Of a stretch of 64,000 nt of DNA, positions 10,014 to 19,543 are shown piece after piece (positions within the stretch are counted from its first letter, which is position 1; each line of letters opens with the position of its first letter). A program made the position numbers and the translations under genes. Under the pieces are notes generated by a model. The model was not told the origin of the DNA. It searched no databases and saw only the letters and a list, made by a program, of their open reading frames with translations. The stretch comes from Candidatus Latescibacterota bacterium (lineage in GTDB: Bacteria; Latescibacterota; UBA2968; UBA8231), in the NCBI GenBank assembly GCA_965206595.1, contig OZ242214.1, positions 6,656,001 through 6,720,000 of the forward strand, read 5' to 3'.

Positions 10014-11141
10014 CTAGTCGAGACCCTGCTGCATGTGATAGATCTTGAGCTTGAGCGCCGGCGACCTCCCCTTCCACCCCTCGAGCAACTCCTCGGCCTC
10101 CGGTTCCGCTCGCCTGTCTAGCCGGGTCTTCAGCTCGAGCAGCATCCCGGCCATTTTCACCAGTCGCTCCTCGCTCGCCGTGGTCGCCAGGCGCTCGAGA
10201 TCTCTTAGCAACTCGCTGCCGAACGTCGCCCCGGTGTTGGCGATCGCCGCGGTGAGGAACGAAGCATGCCGGCGGGCAAAGGCGTCGTCGCGGGCGCAGC
10301 GTCCGACAAGATGGCGCACCAGCTCTGCCGACGGCTCTTCCAGCATGGCCGTCTCCACCATCCTGGCCAGTCGATGCCACCTTCGCAGCATTTCGGTCGC
10401 CTCTTTGCCTGCCCGGGGATCGAAGGTTGGCAAGCCCCGTTTTTCGACGAAATGCTCGAAGATCTCAACTTGGGGCAGGCAGGCGACCAAGGCGAGAATC
10501 GCCTCTTCGCTGGCCGATCCTACCCATTCGACGGCCAGCTCCGCTATCGTCACAGCCAACGAGCCCGGTGCCGTCCTCAGCTTGTCCAGCAGGATGGTTT
10601 GGACATCCCGGACGCAGCCGGCAAGCACGGCCGAAACCAGGGCGGCTGCCGTCTCCCTGCTGATCGGCAGTCCCAGTGCCGCTTCGCGGGCAATTCCGGG
10701 GACGCGGTGGAGGAGAAACTCCCTCGCCCCGGTCCTGCCGCGCAGGGCCCAGACGAGCGCGCGCCCCACTTCCGGATCGGTTTCGTTCCGGATCCACGCG
10801 GTCAGCCGTTCCGCCCCCGACCGGACGGCCAGCCAGCCGCGGTGAAAACCGAGCAATTCAGCCGCGGCCAACCGGCGCGGATCGGATGCGTCCTCAACGA
10901 TCCCGCCCAGGAAGTCGGCCCCTTCCCTGCTGGGGACGAGGGCACGCAACTGCGCCATCGCATCCGCTCGCTCCCCGGCGACTTCGCTGCATGCCGCATT
11001 CAGCAGATCCTCCAGATCTGGGCCCGACTCCGGGGCTTCGGGTTCCTCAGGCGCCGGGGGTTCCGCTTTCTCCTGTCCGGCGACGTCCGGTTGATTCTCG
11101 TCGTCTTCGGCGAATTGCAGATGTCGAATATCCAGAATCAT
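10014..11141 (-). CDS. Hypothetical alpha-helical (HEAT-repeat-like) protein
   Basis: 375 aa with an acidic disordered N-terminus and helical repeats (RLAAAELLG, ETDPEVGRALVWAL). Confidence 0.6.
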   Translation of the reverse strand: MILDIRHLQFAEDDENQPDVAGQEKAEPPAPEEPEAPESGPDLEDLLNAACSEVAGERADAMAQLRALVPSREGADFLGGIVEDASDPRRLAAAELLGFHRGWLAVRSGAERLTAWIRNETDPEVGRALVWALRGRTGAREFLLHRVPGIAREAALGLPISRETAAALVSAVLAGCVRDVQTILLDKLRTAPGSLAVTIAELAVEWVGSASEEAILALVACLPQVEIFEHFVEKRGLPTFDPRAGKEATEMLRRWHRLARMVETAMLEEPSAELVRHLVGRCARDDAFARRHASFLTAAIANTGATFGSELLRDLERLATTASEERLVKMAGMLLELKTRLDRRAEPEAEELLEGWKGRSPALKLKIYHMQQGLD

Positions 11142-11459
11142 GACCGGGTCTCTCAGTTGTATTGTCCAGGTAATTCAGCTTTCGAACGAGTTGGGGATGA
11201 TTGCTCACCGGAACCAACGGCGTGGTGGGCACGTCCTGTTGCGTCCCGGCGCGGCAACCCGCAAGACGGGGGCCTTGCAGGCATGACGTCACCTTGCGCG
11301 GCGAGCGAAATGCCGAGGCACCGCTACAGGGGAGGAGAGTCTGTGGAGAAGGGGGAGGGAAAATCCGGCGCCCTTGGAGATAGGGCGCGGTCGGCGGCGC
11401 TCGAAGCGGCGCCTGCCATCGGACAAATCCAAAATTTATAAGATGTTACAAGATATCGG

Positions 11460-11489
11460 AATATAGCACCGGCAATCGGGAACGGGCAA
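11460..11489 (-). promoter_or_regulatory. Putative sigma70 promoter with extended -10
   Basis: Minus strand TTGCCC-N18-TATATT with TGn before the -10, in an AT-rich patch about 320 bp upstream of the HEAT-like gene. Confidence 0.4.
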
Positions 11490-11528
11490 GCGTCCCCGGC
11501 GGGATTTCGATTGTCAGCATCTTCGAAA

Positions 11529-14306
11529 TCATCGCAGACTGGCGTACACCGTCGCGAACGACAGGCCGCCTGTCTCCGATTGCCGCTTTCGGTCCGATCT
11601 TTCGAAGCTTCTTCTGTTGAGGCTGTACCCGAACTGGGTTACCAACCGGTAGCCTCCGTACTCTCCGATGTTGGTCACCTGGGCCGCCAGCACGGTGTTG
11701 CGGAAGTCGCCGGTGAATTCCCCATCTCCCACCTCTTCGTCATCAACGATCAGTTCCTCGAAGAACAGCTGCTCGACCCCCAGCTCGACGTGACTCCTGT
11801 TGAGGAACGGGAATCGCACCGAGACATCGAGCGTGCCGGTCCACTCCCGGCGCTCCTCCCCTCCGAGCGCATACGGGGTATTGTCTCGCAGAAGCTCGCT
11901 TTTGACTCTGGGCCGAATCTGGAGGCTGCCGGCGTCGATCAGGTACCCCGCCTTGTTGATGACACCCAGGAAGCGGGTGCTCTCCTTGTGTCCGCTCTCC
12001 GACGAACCTTGTCTCAGGGTCTGGTACTTGAGCTTGTGAGCGAAGTTTACTCCCAGATTTTCCCGGCGCTCCAAGCCTAGCCAGGCGGTGTTGATCCAAG
12101 TGTCGAGGGCGGCAAGGGGGTCGGCGACCGGTATCAGCGAGCCTGTCGAACCTGGCGCCTGCACCCACTGTACCAGATCGTCCTGGATGTCGTCTTCCGC
12201 TTTCTTGAGCAAGTTGTAGAAACGCAACTTGCCCGCCCCGGCAAAATCCCGCTCAAAGGCAACCATCCCGTAGGTCGTCTGGTTTCTTCGGTCGTCAGAT
12301 ATCAGCTCCTGGCGCGTCTGCCCCGCCTGCAGCCGCAACTCCGGAGACAGGTAACGGCGCAGGTACAGGTTATACCCCTTTAGATTCCGTTTGTAGGGAT
12401 AATCCGGTTCGTTGTCGTTCTCGAAGCGGTCGGTCCAGCCGTTGTTGTTCAGGTCGATTCCGAACAGAAACTCGGGGCGGTCCGAGGCGTAGCGCAGGAA
12501 GGGCTCGTCGTAATCGGGAAAGACGTTTTCCTGCAGTCGATTGCTGTTCTGGTTGAAGTCGGAGACGAAATCGCCGTTCTCGTCCCAACCCGGAAAAATG
12601 GCGTCGTCGGCAAAACCTGCCGAGGAGCGACTCTGGTTCTGCCTTTGGTGCCCCTGCCTCGGGTCCTGGAAAAGCCGCTTTTGATCGGGGAGCCTGTCGT
12701 CGTCGTCATTGTCATCGACGAAATCGTACAGGCTTCGGGTGTCATCCTCGTAGTCGACCCTGCCGATTCCGTCGAGGATATAGGAACTCGTGCTGTAGTC
12801 TTCGTCCATGTAGAAGCCTTCAGCAAGGAAATACCAAGGGTAGTCCGATTTCGACAGGTTCATCATCCAGGCCTGGGCACTCTCGTCCCCTTCGATCCCC
12901 GAGAACGACCGGTGTTTCTGCAACTGGTTGTTGGGATACTGCCTGTACCGATGGTTGACGTCGAATTCGGTGAACAGCCGGAAGCCGAGGATGTCCTTCG
13001 TCTCGAGGGTGAGCCCAAAGATCTGGTTTGCCGTCGGCAGGCCGTAATTGAAGGCGACCTCGCGCCGGTTCGAGCCGTCCTGTATGTTGCCTGCGGCCTG
13101 GGCAACGGTCAGGAAAACCGGCTGCCCTTCGAGGTTGGTCTGCCGGTCGGAGGTGACTTCCACCTTGTAGTCGTTGACCAGAATCAGGCGAAAGCGGACC
13201 GCCCTGATGTTCTTCACGAGATCCCTGTCGCTTATGATCTCCCCCAGTCTGCCGAGCTCGTAACGCAGCAGGATCTGCTCGCTTCCGTCGGCGACCAACA
13301 CTCCTTCCTTCAGCGTCCCCCCCTCCCGGTCGGGCGGAAAGCCGATGCTGTTGCCCGAAAGAACGGTGTCGACACCCCCGATGGTGGTCGCGACCTCGAT
13401 ATCGTCGTAAAGGAGGACCGCTCCGCCCCTTGAATCCCCCGGTGAATCGTCGCTCAGCCTGATGGTTATCGTGTTGACCTGGTTCTGCACCTGGCTCGTC
13501 GACAGCGCCCCTTTCAGCGGGTTGCCCTTGAAGCTTTCCAGGGTACCTCTCGTGCTGTGGGCGTTCACGAAGGTGCCGCCGAGGGTGACGTAGTCGCCGA
13601 TGTTGAACTCCGCCCTGCCCGCCTGCATGTTGACGGCGTTGTTGAGGGCGGCGGGATTCGGGTCGGTCGTGAAGCCGGGAGCGCTTATCCGCGACATCAG
13701 CCCGGTGATCACCAGCCGGTCCGAGGCGAAGTCTACCTTTGTTCCGTTGTAAGCCGCTTTGCGGAAAGTCATCGGCGTCAAGGTCGTTCCGATCTCGTCG
13801 CCGATCGTGACGGCGTAGGAGTACTGTCCCTTCTGGTCCACGGCAATGATAAGGTTGGAAAAGAAGGCGGAGTATTTGTCTTTCCTGAGGATGCGGCTGC
13901 CTTCCGAGGTTCGCGGACGATCTTCGGTCCAGTTGTAGATCAGCCACCCCCTGGTGAGGAAGTTCCCAAAGTTGTCGTAGTGATATTCACCCTGCAGAAG
14001 GGGGGACAGGTAGCGCTTGTAGGAATCGCCGGCGTAGTTGGTGGTTTGCCACGTTCGCCACCGGTACTCGTCGCGGATCTCCTGTGGCAGGTACTGTTTC
14101 CTCAGCATCGGGTCGAGGAGATCCGTGTCGACACCCGGCCCGTACGGTCGAAAAACCACTCCAGTTGGTCCCCGTTCTCCCAGACGGTTGCCGTACTCCG
14201 GCTGCGCTCCTCCCGGTTGCGGCCAACCTGCCAGGGCGGACAGCAGGCAGAGGATCCCGATACTGCTTCCCCGGCGTCCGAAGATGGTCGGTATGAGGTC
14301 GTTCAT
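11529..14306 (-). CDS. Uncharacterised secreted/putative outer-membrane beta-barrel protein, paralogue B (925 aa)
   Basis: Signal peptide, acidic Ca-binding-like loops (DFVDDNDDDD, WDENGDF, IDLNNNGW), amphipathic strands ending FATVYASLR. Clear paralogue of the next ORF. Confidence 0.75.
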   Translation of the reverse strand: MNDLIPTIFGRRGSSIGILCLLSALAGWPQPGGAQPEYGNRLGERGPTGVVFRPYGPGVDTDLLDPMLRKQYLPQEIRDEYRWRTWQTTNYAGDSYKRYLSPLLQGEYHYDNFGNFLTRGWLIYNWTEDRPRTSEGSRILRKDKYSAFFSNLIIAVDQKGQYSYAVTIGDEIGTTLTPMTFRKAAYNGTKVDFASDRLVITGLMSRISAPGFTTDPNPAALNNAVNMQAGRAEFNIGDYVTLGGTFVNAHSTRGTLESFKGNPLKGALSTSQVQNQVNTITIRLSDDSPGDSRGGAVLLYDDIEVATTIGGVDTVLSGNSIGFPPDREGGTLKEGVLVADGSEQILLRYELGRLGEIISDRDLVKNIRAVRFRLILVNDYKVEVTSDRQTNLEGQPVFLTVAQAAGNIQDGSNRREVAFNYGLPTANQIFGLTLETKDILGFRLFTEFDVNHRYRQYPNNQLQKHRSFSGIEGDESAQAWMMNLSKSDYPWYFLAEGFYMDEDYSTSSYILDGIGRVDYEDDTRSLYDFVDDNDDDDRLPDQKRLFQDPRQGHQRQNQSRSSAGFADDAIFPGWDENGDFVSDFNQNSNRLQENVFPDYDEPFLRYASDRPEFLFGIDLNNNGWTDRFENDNEPDYPYKRNLKGYNLYLRRYLSPELRLQAGQTRQELISDDRRNQTTYGMVAFERDFAGAGKLRFYNLLKKAEDDIQDDLVQWVQAPGSTGSLIPVADPLAALDTWINTAWLGLERRENLGVNFAHKLKYQTLRQGSSESGHKESTRFLGVINKAGYLIDAGSLQIRPRVKSELLRDNTPYALGGEERREWTGTLDVSVRFPFLNRSHVELGVEQLFFEELIVDDEEVGDGEFTGDFRNTVLAAQVTNIGEYGGYRLVTQFGYSLNRRSFERSDRKRQSETGGLSFATVYASLR

Positions 14307-14322
14307 GCTCCCAAGCCCCTCA

Positions 14323-17118
14323 TCACTCCAGACCGGCGTAAATGGTCAGGAAAGTGGTGCCCGTGGTTTCGGAGTCCATCCTCTTCACAGTTTCCAATTC
14401 CCGGATCTCGATCGTCTCGATCGCCGCCCGCGTCAGTCTGAATCCGGTCTGCAGCAGCAGCTTGTAGCCCTGGTAGTCGGTGCGCGTCGACCACTGCAGG
14501 GCGAGGTTCGTCTCGTTGAGATCTCCCGTGGGACCGATCGTGTTCTGGTTGAGGAGATCCTGCTCGTCGAGCTCGAAATCGGCTAGATGCATCAGCTCTA
14601 GCCCCAGCTCCAGCTGCGAGTTCCGCAGGATCGGGGTCTTGCCCGTCAGGGAAATCAGGCGCCGCCACTCCTTGCGGTCCTGGTTGCGCTTCAGGAATGC
14701 AGTCTGGCGCAGGAACTCGCTCTTGACCCGCGGCTGCAGGATGAAGACGCCGATCTCGTACGTGTAATCTGCCCGATTGACGATTCCCAAAAAGGCGGAT
14801 TCGCCGTTGAGCTGGCTGCCGTCCAGGGCCCGCGGATCGTCATCCTGCTGCGCATAGGTCTCGAGCTTGAACTTGTTGACGACGTTGAGATTGGAGATGC
14901 GCCGGTAGTCGAATCCCAGCCACAGTGAGTTGACCCAGGTGTTCGGCGCCGGCACGATATCGGGGACGTTGCGCGGCGCTCCGGCGAGCAGGAAGGCCTG
15001 CGGCTCGAAGCGGTCGTCGGGAATTTCGTCCTCGACCCTCTTGAGCATGTTGAAAACCCGCAGGCGCCCCAGCGACGAATAATCCCTGTCGAAACTCACG
15101 AGACCGTAGGTCGTGTTGTTCCTCCGGTTCGACGACAGCAGCTCCTGCCGGGTCTGTCCCACGGTCACCCGCCCGTAGGCGGTGAGATCGACACCCCCGT
15201 AGGCGTTGTAACCGCTGTGGTCCCGCTTGTAGGGGTAGTCGGACTCGTCGTCGTTTTCGAAGCGGTCGATCCAGCCGTTGTTGTTGAGGTCGATGCCGAA
15301 CAGGAATTCCGGACGGTCGACGGTGTACCTGAGGAACGGCTCTTCGTAGTCGGGAAGGCGATTGCTGATCGAACGGTTGTCGTTCTGGTTGAAATCGGAG
15401 ACGAAATCGTTGTTCTCGTCCCAGCCAGGGAAGATCTCGAGGTCGCGCCCGCCCTGGTTAGGCCGCTGCCAGTCCGGGTAGCGGTCCTGGTCGTCGTTGT
15501 CGTCGACGAATTCGTAGAAGGAACTCGAGGGGCGGTCGTAGACCACGTCGCCGAGGATGTTGACGATGTAAGAGCTTGTCGAGTAGTCGCGCTCCATCGA
15601 GAACGCCTCGCCAAGAAAGAACCAGGGAAAAGACTGGTACGAGGCGTTCACCATCCATGCTTCGGAGCTCGAAGAGGCGGTCGAGAAGGTCTTGTTGTCG
15701 TTGAAGCGGGCGGCGTTCGGATACTGCCGAAAGCGGTGGTTGACGTCATACTCGGCGTACACGTCGAGCCCCTTGACGTCGGTGAGCTCGATGGTGAAGC
15801 CGGCGATCTGGTTCGCCGTAGGCAAGCCGTAATCGAATGCCACGCGCTGGCGGTTGGAGCCGTCCTTGACGTTCCCCGAGGCTTGCGCGACATCGAGCAG
15901 GGCAGGATTCTCGCGGTCGAGGGCCGCTATGGTCAAGGGGGCGTTCGGCACGACCGACTGACCGGTCTGCCGGTCGGACCATACTTGGACCCTGAAGTCG
16001 TTGGCCAGTATCAGCTCGAAGGCGACCTCGACGATCTCGCTCGGGTCCGGGCCGATGTAGGCCGGATCGGTGAAGTCGTAGTTGATAATCATGCGCTGAC
16101 GACCATTGGCCGACAGGAATCCTTCTTCGAAGAAACCGCCTTCAATGATCGGCCAACGGGTCGGATCGCTGGTCAGGTCTGCGAGCCGCAAGGTAGTTCT
16201 GGCCCCACTCTGGAAATCTTGGCGGACGACCTTGACGTCGTGGGAGAACAGGGCCGCCCCCGCCTCCCCGTCCTCCGGGGAGTCATCGCCCAGGATGAGG
16301 GCGATCGCCGTCACCGGGGAGCTCCCCTGTCCTTCTGCCAGGGTCCCTTTGAAGGAATTGCCGGTGAAGGCACCGAGGCTCGAGCGCGAGTTGTGGGCGT
16401 TGACGAGGGTGCCTCCGACGGTGACGAAGTCGCCGACCTGAGCCGTCAGGCGGCCCGCGATCAGATTGGTCGAGCTGGTGCGGCGGTCCGGCGCCGTGAC
16501 CGATCCATTGATCGGGCTGTTGGCGCGGGAAAGCAACAGCGTCCCGGTGAACTTGTCGGTCGCCGCATCGAGCTGAATCCCGTTGTAGCGGGGCTTCGAG
16601 AAGGTCAGCGGCGTCAGTGTCGTGCGGATGTCGTCGCCAACGGTGAGGGAATAGAATACCGACCCCTTCGAGTCGGATGCCACGGCGAGGCTGCTGAACC
16701 AGTTGCGGTAGTTGGCATCCTGGTAGATCGAGCTGCCCTGGGGGGTGTTCGCCTCCTGGCGCCAGTCGTAAATCAGCCACCCCCTGGTTACGTAGTTCCC
16801 GTACACGTCGTAGAAATAGTCGCCTTCGAGCGCCGTGTTGACGTAGCGCTGGTAGGGTACCCTGGCGTAGTTCGAATACTCCCAGGACTTCCAGCGGTAC
16901 TCGTTGTAGAGCTCCTGGGGGACGTACCACCTCTTGACCGCCGGGTCGAGGGCGTCGAAGAGAACGCCGGCGCCCCGCGGTTCGAAGGTGACCGTACCTC
17001 CGCGCCGCGTCCCCAGGCGGGCGCCGTAGTCCTGCGCCAGGGCGGTGGTCGCCAGTCCTGCCGCGGTGAGGACGGGGATCAGCAGGCACGCGTACCCCCT
17101 CATGAAAATCCCGGTCAT
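14323..17118 (-). CDS. Uncharacterised secreted/putative outer-membrane beta-barrel protein, paralogue A (931 aa)
   Basis: Shares YGxRLG, TRGWLIYxW, TTLTPxTF, YGLPTANQI, PDYxEPFLRY..DRPEFLFGIDLNNNGW.DRFEND with 11529..14306. Ends FLTIYAGLE. Confidence 0.75.
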   Translation of the reverse strand: MTGIFMRGYACLLIPVLTAAGLATTALAQDYGARLGTRRGGTVTFEPRGAGVLFDALDPAVKRWYVPQELYNEYRWKSWEYSNYARVPYQRYVNTALEGDYFYDVYGNYVTRGWLIYDWRQEANTPQGSSIYQDANYRNWFSSLAVASDSKGSVFYSLTVGDDIRTTLTPLTFSKPRYNGIQLDAATDKFTGTLLLSRANSPINGSVTAPDRRTSSTNLIAGRLTAQVGDFVTVGGTLVNAHNSRSSLGAFTGNSFKGTLAEGQGSSPVTAIALILGDDSPEDGEAGAALFSHDVKVVRQDFQSGARTTLRLADLTSDPTRWPIIEGGFFEEGFLSANGRQRMIINYDFTDPAYIGPDPSEIVEVAFELILANDFRVQVWSDRQTGQSVVPNAPLTIAALDRENPALLDVAQASGNVKDGSNRQRVAFDYGLPTANQIAGFTIELTDVKGLDVYAEYDVNHRFRQYPNAARFNDNKTFSTASSSSEAWMVNASYQSFPWFFLGEAFSMERDYSTSSYIVNILGDVVYDRPSSSFYEFVDDNDDQDRYPDWQRPNQGGRDLEIFPGWDENNDFVSDFNQNDNRSISNRLPDYEEPFLRYTVDRPEFLFGIDLNNNGWIDRFENDDESDYPYKRDHSGYNAYGGVDLTAYGRVTVGQTRQELLSSNRRNNTTYGLVSFDRDYSSLGRLRVFNMLKRVEDEIPDDRFEPQAFLLAGAPRNVPDIVPAPNTWVNSLWLGFDYRRISNLNVVNKFKLETYAQQDDDPRALDGSQLNGESAFLGIVNRADYTYEIGVFILQPRVKSEFLRQTAFLKRNQDRKEWRRLISLTGKTPILRNSQLELGLELMHLADFELDEQDLLNQNTIGPTGDLNETNLALQWSTRTDYQGYKLLLQTGFRLTRAAIETIEIRELETVKRMDSETTGTTFLTIYAGLE

Positions 17119-17154
17119 ATAAGAACTCTCCCTTTTTTCCAGAAGCGGCGCCCG

Positions 17155-19374
17155 TCAGTACGCCACAACTACTATCCCATTCTTTTCTTCGTTCCCGGAG
17201 TCGGCGTCTACGGAGATGCTGTACAGGTAGGATCCCGGTGGCACGGTATTCCCGAAAGCATCGGTTCCGTCCCAGCTTCGCGAATACCTCCCGCTTTTGT
17301 CGGTGCCCGTGTATACCTCGCGCACCAAGCGGCCGGAAAGGTCGTATATCCACGTTGTGACCTCCGCCCTCCCGATCAGGCTCGTCACGTCGTAGTCGAG
17401 GACCGTGGTTTCGTTGAATCCGTCGCCGTTAGGGGTAAATACTTCCGGAGTGGCCCCCGCGTTTATCAGGAGGGCCCCTTTTATCGGAATTTGGACGACG
17501 ATGTTCGCCGCATTGCGCACTACCTTCCCCCCGGATGCGGAGGCGATGTCCGCGGCGTTGCCGCCGCTCAACTCCTGCGGCAGGCCGTCGGGGGCTTCGG
17601 GAAGAGCCCTGCCCGAAAAAGCGGTCGCCGCCCTCAGCACGGGGCAGGTGAACTTCACATTGAGGACGGTCATCTCCCCGTCTTCGATACGGCTGGATTC
17701 CACGGTGGGAAAACCGATGCGGAAGCGCGTCTCTTCGACTTGGTCGACGCTGATATCTCCACGCCGGATCGGAAGGGTGCTGAGGTCGGCGTCCTCGAAG
17801 TTTTCGGCAGAGGTGCTGCCATCCGGCCTCGTATAGGTGATCTCGCCTATGGATACGACACGCACCGGCGTCGAAATCTCGAGAGCGCTGAACCCGAGGT
17901 CGATTCCGGGACGCAGATCGGGGATCACGGTGTAGGAAAACTCCCGAGCGCTGCCCAGGTCGGCTTCCCGGGGACTGATTTCAGCAACGATCTGCTCCGC
18001 AAGAGAGGGGCCGGAAACGTCGATGGAAAGGGATCCGAGACTCCTGGCGGAAAACAGGTCGTCGTTCTCGAAGTCGATCCTCACCTGGAAGTATCGCGCC
18101 GGCCCGGGCGAAACGATCGGGGTTCCACCTTCTCCGTCGGCGATCTGGAGAGCAGTTCCGGCCCCCGCCGGGGAGTACGGCGGCGACCACGTACTCCAGT
18201 TGTCCACGTCGTCGCGCACAAGGCCCTTGACCCCCGAATTGAGGCGGCCGTATTCCCCTTCACTCAAGGCGATGGCGTTGCGCTGATCGAGCGGCAACTC
18301 GCCGTAGAGCCGCAAAGCCGCCCGCGGATCGAGGTCTTCGGCATCGAGCATCTCGACGATCTCTCTCTCCTCGGTGCCCCCGTCGTACTCCCCGGCACCC
18401 GCCCATGGCACCTGCGCGCCGTCAGGGCGGCGACGGTTGAAAACCACCGGGGTGTCGTCGATACCGGTTCGCGTGCGGATCTCGACGCGCGAGCGCAGGG
18501 AATCGCCGATGCTCTCCTCTTCCCAGCGAATCCTGCCCCAGAGAGCAAGGTCCTCGCCGAAATCGAGGATGTTGGTCAAGTACTGTGCCCGGGGCACGAA
18601 ACCGGCCCCGAAAACCTGAAACTCGGCGATTTCGAAATCGACGGTGGTCAGCGATTTGAGCTGGATGTGGCGCACGAGCTGGGGTTCGATGATCAACTCG
18701 ACAACGGGCTTGTCGTTCTGCAGCTCGAGCAGGACCCCGGGTCCGAACACCGGCCGGCCGCTGATCTGGGTTTCGTCGGAGCCGTCGTTGAGAAACAGCT
18801 CGAACGCCCGCAGGAAATCGTCTTCGAACGGAAACGCTTCGGTGGCGTAGGCGGGGTCGGCGTTCCTGGGAAAGAACTTGAACCTGCTGACGCCGAACTG
18901 CGAGCCGAGATCGAACTGCATGACGACCCCCAGGGTGTTCACCTGCCTTCCGGGGGAGTCCTTTCTCTCGAAGGCGGTCTCCCCGTCGTCGTCGATCATC
19001 TGGGGAAGTACGGTGTCGAGATTCTCGAACACGTTCGGCGCGGTAACCGCACCGCCGCGTTGGAGCAGGCCCAGGGCGATATTCTCGGATTCATCGGCCA
19101 GTTCCGGCGAGATCCATCCATCCCTGGTCTCGAAGTCGATGACGCCTCCAGGGGTGTTCCCGAACTCGATCTCCTGAGAGCCTGTGATGTAGACCGGGGT
19201 GATTCCTTCGCCGCCACTACTCCAATCGATGCCGTTCTCCCCACCGAAGACGATGGTGCGCCCATTTGCCGTAGCCGCCGTACAGGCCAGAACCAGAACT
19301 CCTTCGAGAAGCCGTCGAAGAGGTTTGTTTCGCCGGCGCCCCGATTCCCTGCACCCGGTTCGTTCAGAATTCAT
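17155..19374 (-). CDS. Secreted protein with C-terminal FlgD-Ig / type-B T9SS CTD-like domain (739 aa)
   Basis: Signal peptide and discoidin-like N-terminal region. C-terminus FTPNGDGFNE...IYDLSGRLVR...WDGTD..GNTVPPGSYLY. Confidence 0.8.
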   Translation of the reverse strand: MNSERTGCRESGRRRNKPLRRLLEGVLVLACTAATANGRTIVFGGENGIDWSSGGEGITPVYITGSQEIEFGNTPGGVIDFETRDGWISPELADESENIALGLLQRGGAVTAPNVFENLDTVLPQMIDDDGETAFERKDSPGRQVNTLGVVMQFDLGSQFGVSRFKFFPRNADPAYATEAFPFEDDFLRAFELFLNDGSDETQISGRPVFGPGVLLELQNDKPVVELIIEPQLVRHIQLKSLTTVDFEIAEFQVFGAGFVPRAQYLTNILDFGEDLALWGRIRWEEESIGDSLRSRVEIRTRTGIDDTPVVFNRRRPDGAQVPWAGAGEYDGGTEEREIVEMLDAEDLDPRAALRLYGELPLDQRNAIALSEGEYGRLNSGVKGLVRDDVDNWSTWSPPYSPAGAGTALQIADGEGGTPIVSPGPARYFQVRIDFENDDLFSARSLGSLSIDVSGPSLAEQIVAEISPREADLGSAREFSYTVIPDLRPGIDLGFSALEISTPVRVVSIGEITYTRPDGSTSAENFEDADLSTLPIRRGDISVDQVEETRFRIGFPTVESSRIEDGEMTVLNVKFTCPVLRAATAFSGRALPEAPDGLPQELSGGNAADIASASGGKVVRNAANIVVQIPIKGALLINAGATPEVFTPNGDGFNETTVLDYDVTSLIGRAEVTTWIYDLSGRLVREVYTGTDKSGRYSRSWDGTDAFGNTVPPGSYLYSISVDADSGNEEKNGIVVVAY

Positions 19375-19543
19375 AAGAAAGTCGTAATCCTTCCCCCGAT
19401 GGACGGGGAAGTATCAATTCTCCGAATCGCGGTACGTTTCCATAGGAAATCCCACAGCATGGCAGGGAGGCTGCGAGGAGCCGGCAGATTGGAAAATCGC
19501 GGTTCCGCTTCCCGATAGGGAGGCATTCCAAGTCGAGGGCTCC

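Noticed and set aside
11142-11460. Possible riboswitch or ncRNA in a long leader
   Set aside because: No recognisable conserved motif. An Rfam/Infernal scan would be needed.
15217-19518. 1433-aa plus-strand ORF, and similar long ORFs at 4070..6910, 47875..50784 and 34614..36632
   Set aside because: Antisense shadows of real genes in GC-rich DNA, with no recognisable motifs.
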